Origin: an uncultured Planctomycetota bacterium
Lineage (GTDB): Bacteria > Planctomycetota > PLA2 > JAEUHO01
Direction of reading: 5' to 3'
Length of the DNA stretch: 64,000 bases
NCBI GenBank assembly: GCA_963752285.1
Contig: CAVVXN010000005.1
Span: 1,344,001-1,408,000 of the forward strand
The notes under the pieces were generated by a model, which saw nothing but the letters and a program-made list of their open reading frames with translations, searched no databases and was not told where the DNA came from. This document shows, piece by piece, positions 17,596 through 25,370 of the stretch (the first letter of the stretch is position 1; each line of letters opens with the position of its first letter). A program made the translations under genes and the position numbers.

Positions 17596-19649
17596 GACAC
17601 CGCCTCCTCGACGGACCGCGTGCCCATCTCGCCGATGCCCGGTGGGAGGTCGATCCGAAGCGTCGAGGTCTCCCCGTCGCGGTCGGCGACCAGGTCGGCC
17701 CCGGCCAGGCGCACCTCGGACGCCAGCTCCTCGACGCCCGGGCACGCCTCGCACTCGCCCTTCCCGGGGGCCCAGATCTCGATCGAAGGGCGCCCGTCGT
17801 GACGACCCACGTCGAGGATGAACGACGCGGCGCCGCACTCGGCCACGTGCGTGAGGAGTCGGAACAGCCACCGGACCAGCTCCCCCGTCGGGATCCCGCA
17901 GGCCACCCGCCCGTGCTCGCGCACGACGGGCGGCGACAGGTCGGGCACGGCGACCGAGAGGTGGCGTACCGCGTCCCGCACCGCGGCGCCGACGTCGGTG
18001 CGTACGGCGGCGAGGCGATGCGTGACGGCCTGACCGAAGAGCGAGCCCACGAGCCCCGCGATGCGTCGCGCGTCGGCGCGGGAGTCGCCCACCGCCTCCC
18101 CGACCTCGGCGAGGTCCTCGGCGTCCACCGGCGTTCCGATCGACCACCGTTCGAGGGACTCGGCGACGAAGTCGAGCGTGGCGATCATCGCGCCGAGAGG
18201 GTTGTTGATCTCGTGCGCGATGCCGGCGGCGAGGCGATGCACGCCCTCTTGCCGCTCGCGGTCGAGCATGCGCCGCTCGCTCTCGAGGGCCGCGCGCTTC
18301 GCGATCTCGAGCTCCTGGGTGCGCATCCGGACCCGACGCTCGAGAGACTCCTTCTCCTCCCGGAGCGCCTCCGTCCGCTCGGCGACCGTCTCTTCGAGCC
18401 GGTGGTTGCCCTCGCGGAGCGCCGTGATCGCCTCCATGCGCGCGACCGCGAGCCCGAGGAACTGGAGCGCGGTGGGAAGCACCCCGCCCACGTCCGGGGG
18501 CAGGCCGACCTGGCGGGGTCCGAGGAGCAGCAGCCAGCCCGTGCGGGGGCCCGCGACGGGGAACGAGATGAAGAGCCCCCGTCCGCCCGCGGCATCGCCC
18601 GGCAGCACCGCGGTGACGCTCTCGTCCACGGGCACGGGCAGGGCGACGGGCGCGCGCTCCTCGAGCTCCCGGGCGACGCGGTCGAGGAGCCGGGAGTCGG
18701 ACTCGACGCCGCGCGTGCCGTGCACCCAGCGCCGACCGTCGCTCCGGGGCAACGCCAGCCAGCCCGTGGTCGCGTCGAGGTTCATCACCAGCCGGACGAG
18801 CAGCCCGCGCGCGAGCGTGGGCACGTCGTCGGCCGCCGCGCACACGGCGCCGATCTCGATCAGGAGACGGCGGAGCGACCGCTCCCGGTCGAGCTCCTTC
18901 AGGTCCGCCTCGCGGACCTTCATCCAGTGGACGACCTCCTTGTCGGAGGCAGGCGCCGGGGCCTCCCACGGGAGCGGCGCGGGGGGATCGGGCTCGACCG
19001 CGGTCTCGGGGCGGAATCGCTGGCCGACCTTCGACGCGTACCGCGCGGCGTCCGGGTCGTCGCGCCCCGGCGGGAGGGCGCGCGACGCCGCGCTGGCGAC
19101 GAGCGTCGGCAGGACTTCGAACACGTCGTCCGCAACGCGCACGCCGACGCAGCCGGTCGGCGCGGGCCCCGCGTCGGCGAGCCAGGGCGGAAGGAGCACC
19201 CCGCCGAGCGGCACGTCGGCCGCGTCCCGCACGAGGACCGCGAGCGGCAGGTCCGAGGCGGGCGGACCGACGTGCGCGAGGTGGCCGACGAGCTCGCGCC
19301 ACGACGCGGCGGCGGCGGAGCGGGCGCCGGGCCCCGCGGGGAGCACGAAGAGCAGGAGATCGGTCTCGGCGAGCAGGCGCCGGCGGAGGTCCTCGAGTCC
19401 GGACGAGTCCCCGGCCGTCAGGCAGTGGAGCCGGAGCTGATGCAGGCCGTGAGGGGGCAGGTCGAGGAAGGCGTACTCGACCTGGCCGGCCGCGTTCGAG
19501 CCCTCCTCGAGGCGGACCCTCCCGCCGCGCGAGGGGGCCTCGCAGGCCGAGTGGATGCGGGCGAGGAGCGCGCTCTTCGCGGAGCCCGGGGGCCCCCAGA
19601 GCACGAGCCTCAAGTGTGCCCGTCCATCACTTGCCTCGACGCGTGCCAT
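17592..19649 (-). CDS. MglA-like (degenerate) small GTPase domain + GAF-like region + coiled coil + HisKA with degenerate ATPase domain
   Basis: N-terminus RLVLWGPPGSAKS...LRLHCLTAG...RRRLLAETDLLLFV aligns by eye with MglA; H-box LAAGIAHEINNPL; no N/G1/F/G2 boxes. Confidence 0.75.
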   Translation of the reverse strand: MARVEASDGRAHLRLVLWGPPGSAKSALLARIHSACEAPSRGGRVRLEEGSNAAGQVEYAFLDLPPHGLHQLRLHCLTAGDSSGLEDLRRRLLAETDLLLFVLPAGPGARSAAAASWRELVGHLAHVGPPASDLPLAVLVRDAADVPLGGVLLPPWLADAGPAPTGCVGVRVADDVFEVLPTLVASAASRALPPGRDDPDAARYASKVGQRFRPETAVEPDPPAPLPWEAPAPASDKEVVHWMKVREADLKELDRERSLRRLLIEIGAVCAAADDVPTLARGLLVRLVMNLDATTGWLALPRSDGRRWVHGTRGVESDSRLLDRVARELEERAPVALPVPVDESVTAVLPGDAAGGRGLFISFPVAGPRTGWLLLLGPRQVGLPPDVGGVLPTALQFLGLAVARMEAITALREGNHRLEETVAERTEALREEKESLERRVRMRTQELEIAKRAALESERRMLDRERQEGVHRLAAGIAHEINNPLGAMIATLDFVAESLERWSIGTPVDAEDLAEVGEAVGDSRADARRIAGLVGSLFGQAVTHRLAAVRTDVGAAVRDAVRHLSVAVPDLSPPVVREHGRVACGIPTGELVRWLFRLLTHVAECGAASFILDVGRHDGRPSIEIWAPGKGECEACPGVEELASEVRLAGADLVADRDGETSTLRIDLPPGIGEMGTRSVEEAVS

Positions 19650-19721
19650 GCGGACCCCGGACGGACCCCGCCCGGTCCGTCGAAGCGCTATCGACCGGGC
19701 CCCCGAGGCGTCCCCATGCCA

Positions 19722-19749
19722 TCTTCAGAAAGCCTGAAGAAACCCTGAA
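19722..19749. promoter_or_regulatory. Putative regulator-binding site upstream of the signalling operon
   Basis: TCTTCAG-N5-CTGAAGA inverted repeat overlapping an 11-bp direct repeat GAAAGCCTGAA/GAAACCCTGAA in an AT-richer patch. Confidence 0.4.
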
Positions 19750-19756
19750 CGGCGGG

Positions 19757-22207
19757 TCAGGCGAGGGGCGCGAAGCGCGCGAGGAGATAGGCCCCGACCC
19801 GTGCCGGCGTGGCCTCCCGTACCCGGTCCCGCCACGCCCCGAGGTCCACCCGCCCGGGCGGCCCGCCGAGCAGGGGCGAGAGGTGGATGCGGTCGTTCGC
19901 CCCGAGTCCGAGCTGGCCGACGAACGCGGCCGTCCGCTCTCGGTGGCGCGTCTCCACCTCACGCTCCCCGATCCCGACCAGCACCGTCAGCGATACCGCG
20001 ACCCCGGCCGCGCGCATCCCCCCTACCTCGTCCCGCACGCGTGCGAGGTCGCCCTCCTTGCCGAGCGACCGGCGGAGCTGCGGGTCCCCGGTCTCGAGGC
20101 CGATGGCCCCCTCGACGACACCGGCGGCCGCGAGCCTCCGCCACGCCGCGGCGTCCCGCCGCGGCGCGCGGTCCGGGTCGAGGAACGACGCGACGCCGCG
20201 CCGCAGCGCCCCGATGCGCGCCCGCACGCGGTCGAGCCGCCGGAGCAGGCGGTCGTCCCCGATCGAGAGCGCCGACGCGGACCCCAGGAACGCGCCGTCG
20301 CGCTCGGCCAGCGCGGGACCGAACCAGCGGACCACCCGGTCCAGATGCCGCTCGAACGACGCGGTGTCGAGCACCCGGAACGGCCTACCGCGCCACAGCG
20401 CGCAGAACGAGCACCGCGCGTTCGGACAGCCCGTCGCGGGCAGCACCACCACGTCCCGGTACCGGTGCGGGAGCAGCGCCGGCACCGACTCGGGGTACGC
20501 CCGACGGTACAGGGCCTCGTCCTCCGCGAATCGCTCCGCCGTCCACGAACGGGCGGCCTCGAGCCTGCGGAAGAGCGCCGCCCGCGCTCGCGGTCCGCCC
20601 GTAGGCGCGCGCTCCGCGTCGAGCTCGCCGCTCGGGTCGCTCGACTCGACCTCGCCGACCTCGCCGACCTCGCCGACCTCGCCGACCTCGCCGACCTCGC
20701 CGATCTCGCCGATCTCGCCGAGGAACGCCTCCACGCGGCGCCGCACGCGCTCGTGCACGCGGTCGCGCGCGTCGCGCTCGAGACCCGCGCCGCGCGCGAG
20801 ACCCTCGAACACGCGCCCGTCGAGAGCGCGCCGGTACCGCGCGCGCCCCTCGGCGAACGCGGCCCAACGACCGCTGGCGTCGAGGCGGAGGTGGAAACGG
20901 TCTTCCTCCTCCACCACGGCGGCCCAACGCGACACGTTCACGTGGAGAGACACGGCAGACGATGGTAGGCCGGCGCGGCCGCGGGTCCCCACGATGGCCG
21001 CGCCCCGCGTCACGGCGGCGCGCGCGGCCGCCCGGCCTGCCCGGCCTGCCCGCCCGCGCGCCTGCGGCGGGCTCTGGCGCTCCCGCCCTGCGGCGGGCTT
21101 ACCACGCTCCCGCCCTGCGGCGGGCTCGCGCCGCCCTCGCCGCGGCGTCTTCCCGACCGCGCGGAGCAGCCACGCCGGCCGCTCGGGCGGCTCGCGATCC
21201 TCGGGGAGGGGCTTGGGCGCGAGGAACGCGCCCGTCGCCGCGATCACGAACAGCGGTCGCCCGTCCGTGGACCAGCACCGAAGCGCGATCATCCCCAGGT
21301 CGTAGTTCTTGTGGTGGACCACGCAGCCGTCGAAGAGGTCCTTCGCCTCCCGACCGCTCCCGTCCGCGTGCGGCCTCACGTGGCACAGCTCCGCCGCTAC
21401 GCGCGTGCAGAGCCCGACCTCGCACAGGCCTCCCGAACGCCGACGGATCGCCCGGACCACCTCCGCCGGGACCTCCCGGTCCCCGGGGCGCTCTTCGGTC
21501 GGCGGAAGACGCCGCGGCCTGGGCTCCTTCCGCGTCGGGTCCCACCGTGCCCGGTACGCGTACGCGAGCACCGCCAGGAGCTGGCCGTTGTCGATCGCGC
21601 ACTCGGCCTTCTTCTTCGCGATCCTGCGGCACGCCCGCAGGTCGTCCGCGGCGTCGGGTCCCACGTGCGCGACGAAGGTCGTGACGTCGGACTCCGGCGC
21701 GACGTGACGTCGCGCGGCCAGGCGGCGTCCCACGCGACGGCGGAGCGCGCCGACGCGCAAGGACCTGGCGAGGTCGAGCCAGTCGTCGCCCGCCTCGAGG
21801 TAGCGCTCCGGGTCTACGAAGACGTCGCCGAGCAGGATGGCCGCCGCGAAGGAGATCCCGCCCGCGCGGACCTCCTCCTCCAGGCCGGGCAGGCGCTCCA
21901 GGGCGTAGCCGAGCATCAGGAGCTGACGCCCCCGCGCGCCGTCGAACCCGTAGCGCTCGGAGAGCTCCCAGGTCGAGGCGGCGCTCTCCCACACGCAGGA
22001 GCCCTGCTCGTGGAGGCGGACCATCAGCTTCGCGTAGGCGATCTCGGCGTCGCCGAGCGCGCGGCTCCGGGCCCGCAGGAGCGCGATCCCCTCGGGGTCC
22101 TTCTCTCCGCGGAGGGTGCGCCGGTCGATGCGCCGCTCGGAGATCCCGCCCTCGGAGGGGCGGCGCTCGGGGTCGCTTCGTTCGTGGAGTTCGCGTTCCG
22201 ACAGCAC
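19757..22207 (-). CDS. HNH-type (DUF222-like) protein in frame with a radical SAM protein; possibly two genes (radical SAM about 19757-21013)
   Basis: N-half: REVPAEVVRAIRRRSGGLCEVGLC...CHVRPH...GCVVHH. C-half: TGCPNARCSFC, AFLGSASAL, IGLETGD, TVLVGIG. Confidence 0.7.
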   Translation of the reverse strand: MLSERELHERSDPERRPSEGGISERRIDRRTLRGEKDPEGIALLRARSRALGDAEIAYAKLMVRLHEQGSCVWESAASTWELSERYGFDGARGRQLLMLGYALERLPGLEEEVRAGGISFAAAILLGDVFVDPERYLEAGDDWLDLARSLRVGALRRRVGRRLAARRHVAPESDVTTFVAHVGPDAADDLRACRRIAKKKAECAIDNGQLLAVLAYAYRARWDPTRKEPRPRRLPPTEERPGDREVPAEVVRAIRRRSGGLCEVGLCTRVAAELCHVRPHADGSGREAKDLFDGCVVHHKNYDLGMIALRCWSTDGRPLFVIAATGAFLAPKPLPEDREPPERPAWLLRAVGKTPRRGRREPAAGRERGKPAAGRERQSPPQARGRAGRAGRAAARAAVTRGAAIVGTRGRAGLPSSAVSLHVNVSRWAAVVEEEDRFHLRLDASGRWAAFAEGRARYRRALDGRVFEGLARGAGLERDARDRVHERVRRRVEAFLGEIGEIGEVGEVGEVGEVGEVGEVESSDPSGELDAERAPTGGPRARAALFRRLEAARSWTAERFAEDEALYRRAYPESVPALLPHRYRDVVVLPATGCPNARCSFCALWRGRPFRVLDTASFERHLDRVVRWFGPALAERDGAFLGSASALSIGDDRLLRRLDRVRARIGALRRGVASFLDPDRAPRRDAAAWRRLAAAGVVEGAIGLETGDPQLRRSLGKEGDLARVRDEVGGMRAAGVAVSLTVLVGIGEREVETRHRERTAAFVGQLGLGANDRIHLSPLLGGPPGRVDLGAWRDRVREATPARVGAYLLARFAPLA
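20651..20722. repeat. 9-bp tandem repeat (CTCGCCGAN)x8 encoding (GEI)2(GEV)6
   Basis: Directly visible: five CTCGCCGAC, two CTCGCCGAT, one CTCGCCGAG. Confidence 0.95.
21078..21126. repeat. 22-bp direct repeat (27-nt period) in the HNH/radical SAM linker
   Basis: CGCTCCCGCCCTGCGGCGGGCT at 21078-21099 and 21105-21126; encodes PAAGRER twice. Confidence 0.85.
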
Positions 22208-22289
22208 GAACGAAACGATAACGAATGGGGGGGACAGTCCCGGAGAGCCCGGAAATCAGGGGTCCGAGCCGGGCCGAGGTGACCGCGAC

Positions 22290-23948
22290 GTGATCCCGCC
22301 GCGCGACGCTCCCCCCGTGACCCGCCCCCTCCTCCTCGCAACCGCCGCCGCGGCCCTCGCCCTCCTGGTCGCGATCGGTGTCGGGCGGCCGGGTCCCGCG
22401 ACGCTCGACGCCGCGCCGATCCCGTCCGCGCGGCCCGTGGCCCTCCCCGCTCCGAGCGACGGCCCGATGTTGCTGGGCCGGGCGACGCCCGCGCCGGCGG
22501 CGACGTCGGCCGATCCGTGGGTGGAGGACGGCGGCGTTTCTCGCAGAGACGCGTGGGTCCCCGCGTCGCCGCCTCCTCCGGTCCCCCAGGTGTTCCGGCA
22601 CGGCCCGACGTTCGTGGCGCGCGTGTCGGACGACGACGTCTCGGACGCGAGATCGGCGTGGCAGGTCCCCCTCGACGACGACGCGCACCAGCTCGTCGCC
22701 TACGACCTCGCCTCGCTCCGCCCCACCGTGGACGGACTCGACCCGCCCACGCCCGACGTCCCGACGCGGTGGTGGCGGCGGTTGGTCGAAGACGTGGCGG
22801 ACGCGGTCGGACGCGATCGGTGGACCGACGCCGACACGCTCCTCGCGTTCGACGCCGATCGCAACACGCTGTTCGTGCGCCAGGACGAGGACGGGCGGGA
22901 ACGCGTGGAGGCCGTGCTCGCCGTACGGGCCGCGGGACGGCTGTCGTTCGTGCCGCTGCACGTCGAGCTCGAGCCCGCGGACGGCACGCCACCCCAGTCC
23001 GTGGACGTGGACGTCCCCTGGGGCTCGATCGTCGAGGCGAAGCGCTCGACGGCCTGGCCGTACCTCGAGGACTACGACCTCGACGTCAGCCAGTGCGGCT
23101 GCCAGCTGTCGGATCCGATCCTCGGCGCGCTGGACATCGGCGTGGTCGTGCGCGCCTGCCGGATCGAAGAGACCGACGACGAACCCCGCCTCCAGGCGGA
23201 GATCCTGTACGCGACCGGCGAGCCTCGATCCGAACGCTTCCGCACGAGCCTCGCGGGCTGCTACGTGCCCATCGAGATCGAGCTCCCGACCGTCCCCCAC
23301 CAAGAGCACGCGCGCGTGGCGGTGCGCCGCGGTCGTCGAAGCCTGCGTCTCGAGGACGGCAGCACGGTGACGCTGACGGCCGGGCGGGAGCGAGCGGGCC
23401 CGGACGCGTCGCCCGTCGGCACGAGGTCGTTTCCCGCCGCGGACGCGCCAACCCGCCCGGCACGCGGCCCACGCGCCTTCCGGGTCGTGTGGGAGGACGA
23501 CGCGTTCGTCCCGTCGTGCGCGGCCGACCTCGTGCTGCGAGGGTCGGACGACGCGACGGCGTCCTCCGCGTTCCAGGGCTACACGATCGCCTCGCCGAAC
23601 GAGATCGCATCGCGCGCGGGGGCACCCGACGGCGACGCGTCCGCGCCGCGCCTGGGTCTCACGATCACGACCCGCGCGCTCTCCCTCGCAGGGGGGCACC
23701 TGCTGGATCTCGCGCTCGTCCGCGCCGAGGCGACCGGCGTCTCGCGGTCCGTGGAGGCCCTGTTGCCGGGGATCGAGTACGGCGCGGAGACGACGAGGAC
23801 GCTCCACCTGGCCGTGCGGGGTGTGCGCGAGGACCACCGCCAGGTGTGGGTCCCCGAGGGCGGATCGGCGCACGTCGAGGTCCGCGATCCCGACGGCCCC
23901 TCGTACTCCGTCACGTTCGTTCGCGAGGAGCCGCCGGTGCCGCGCTGA
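22290..23948 (+). CDS. Exported protein with divergent secretin-like (type II/III secretion system protein) domain
   Basis: Signal/TM segment, YDLASL...W...TLFVRQ N-domain-like motif, YLEDYDLDV...DPILG...GVVV...TSLAG...IELPTV; start uncertain (22290 or 22317). Confidence 0.55.
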   Translation: MIPPRDAPPVTRPLLLATAAAALALLVAIGVGRPGPATLDAAPIPSARPVALPAPSDGPMLLGRATPAPAATSADPWVEDGGVSRRDAWVPASPPPPVPQVFRHGPTFVARVSDDDVSDARSAWQVPLDDDAHQLVAYDLASLRPTVDGLDPPTPDVPTRWWRRLVEDVADAVGRDRWTDADTLLAFDADRNTLFVRQDEDGRERVEAVLAVRAAGRLSFVPLHVELEPADGTPPQSVDVDVPWGSIVEAKRSTAWPYLEDYDLDVSQCGCQLSDPILGALDIGVVVRACRIEETDDEPRLQAEILYATGEPRSERFRTSLAGCYVPIEIELPTVPHQEHARVAVRRGRRSLRLEDGSTVTLTAGRERAGPDASPVGTRSFPAADAPTRPARGPRAFRVVWEDDAFVPSCAADLVLRGSDDATASSAFQGYTIASPNEIASRAGAPDGDASAPRLGLTITTRALSLAGGHLLDLALVRAEATGVSRSVEALLPGIEYGAETTRTLHLAVRGVREDHRQVWVPEGGSAHVEVRDPDGPSYSVTFVREEPPVPR

Positions 23949-23963
23949 GCACGGCCGCATCGG

Positions 23964-23996
23964 GTGACGACTTGAGAACCGTTCTCACGTCGTCGC
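23964..23996. promoter_or_regulatory. Inverted repeat with Fur-box-like core
   Basis: GTGACGAC-t-TGAGAA-ccg-TTCTCA-c-GTCGTCGC; could be an operator or an RNA hairpin after the upstream gene. Confidence 0.4.
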
Positions 23997-24163
23997 GCGC
24001 GTCGTCCACTGCCGCACCGCGCGCGCTTGATCGCGCGACGCGAGGTCCACGCTCCCGCGCGAAAGGAGGGCCCGGAGACGCCAGCGGTAGACTCCGCCGG
24101 ATCGGGATCGACGGCGCGCACCGTTCGCGCGTCGCGAGTCGTCCCCGTTGGAGCATCGACGCC

Positions 24164-25321
24164 ATGACCACTCCTCCTCCCACTCCGTCCCCCACGGCCA
24201 AGAAGAAGGCGGACCTCGCGGGGCCCGGCGTCAGCACGTACGAGGAGGTCGCGAAGATCCTCCCGAAGGACTACCAGAGCGTCCTCACGCCCATGGAGAC
24301 CATGAAGGCGCTCTACGAGGTGAAGCGCTCGATCGAGGACGGACTCGCCCGCGAGCTGAACCTGCAGCTCGTTCAGGTCCCGCTCATCGTCGACAAGGCC
24401 TCGGGCGTGAACGACATGCTCGACCGCGACGGCTCGCGCACGCCGGTGGAGTTCGACTGCGGCCTCGGCATCTCGCCGCGGATCCGCGGACAGGTCGTCC
24501 AGGCCGCGACGAAGTGGAAGCGCGTCGCGCTGAAGCAGTTCGGCTGCCAGGTCGGCCAGGGCATCAACACCGACATGCGCGCGGTCCGCAAGGACTACTT
24601 CCTCGACCACGACCACTCCTCCTACGTGGACCAGTGGGACTGGGAGCGCGTGATCACCGCGAAGGACCGGAACCTCGACTTCCTGAAGGACGTCGTCCGG
24701 AAGATCTGGAGCGTGATCCGCACGGCGGGCGTGCAAGTCCGCGAGCACTTCCCGAAGCTCAAGGACCCGCGCTTCCCGGAGATCCCCGAGGAGCTCACGT
24801 TCCTCCACGCCGAGGATCTCCTCGAGATGTTCCCGGACCTCCCTCGGAAGGAACGCGAGACGCGCATCCTCCAGAAGCACCCCGCGGTGTTCATCGTCGG
24901 CATCGGCCATCCCCTGAAGGACGGCCTCCCGCACGAGCTCCGCGCCGTGGACTACGACGACTGGATCACCCCCACGATCCAGAAGAACGGCGAGCAGTAC
25001 CACGGCCTGAACGGCGACATCCTGGTCTGGAACCCCATCACGAAGCGCCGCCACGAGCTCACCTCGATGGGCATCCGCGTCACGAAGGAGACGCTCCGCC
25101 AGCAGTGCGAGATGGCGAAGACCGAGGACGTCCTCTCGCAGCCCTACCACCAGGCGATCCTGAACGACCAGATCCCCCTCAGCATCGGCGGGGGCATCGG
25201 ACAGGCCCGCACCTACATGTACCTGCTCCGCAAGGCGCACCTCGGCGAGGTCACGGTGACGGTGTGGCCGAAGCAGCTGAAGGACATCTGCGCGGCGCGG
25301 AACATCCACGTCCTCGAGTAG
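24164..25321 (+). CDS. asnA: Aspartate--ammonia ligase
   Basis: VVQAATKWKR, TDMRAVR, HSSYVDQWDWE, RAVDYDDW, GLNGDILVW, ELTSMGIRV, SIGGGIGQAR. Confidence 0.95.
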   Translation: MTTPPPTPSPTAKKKADLAGPGVSTYEEVAKILPKDYQSVLTPMETMKALYEVKRSIEDGLARELNLQLVQVPLIVDKASGVNDMLDRDGSRTPVEFDCGLGISPRIRGQVVQAATKWKRVALKQFGCQVGQGINTDMRAVRKDYFLDHDHSSYVDQWDWERVITAKDRNLDFLKDVVRKIWSVIRTAGVQVREHFPKLKDPRFPEIPEELTFLHAEDLLEMFPDLPRKERETRILQKHPAVFIVGIGHPLKDGLPHELRAVDYDDWITPTIQKNGEQYHGLNGDILVWNPITKRRHELTSMGIRVTKETLRQQCEMAKTEDVLSQPYHQAILNDQIPLSIGGGIGQARTYMYLLRKAHLGEVTVTVWPKQLKDICAARNIHVLE

Positions 25322-25370
25322 CGTCGTCACCTGGGGCCCGCGACCCGGTCGCGGGCCTCCAGGCGCCCCC

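Noticed and set aside
20651..20722. Tandem repeat as a possible CRISPR array
   Set aside because: 9-bp units with no spacers, inside a CDS, and no cas genes.
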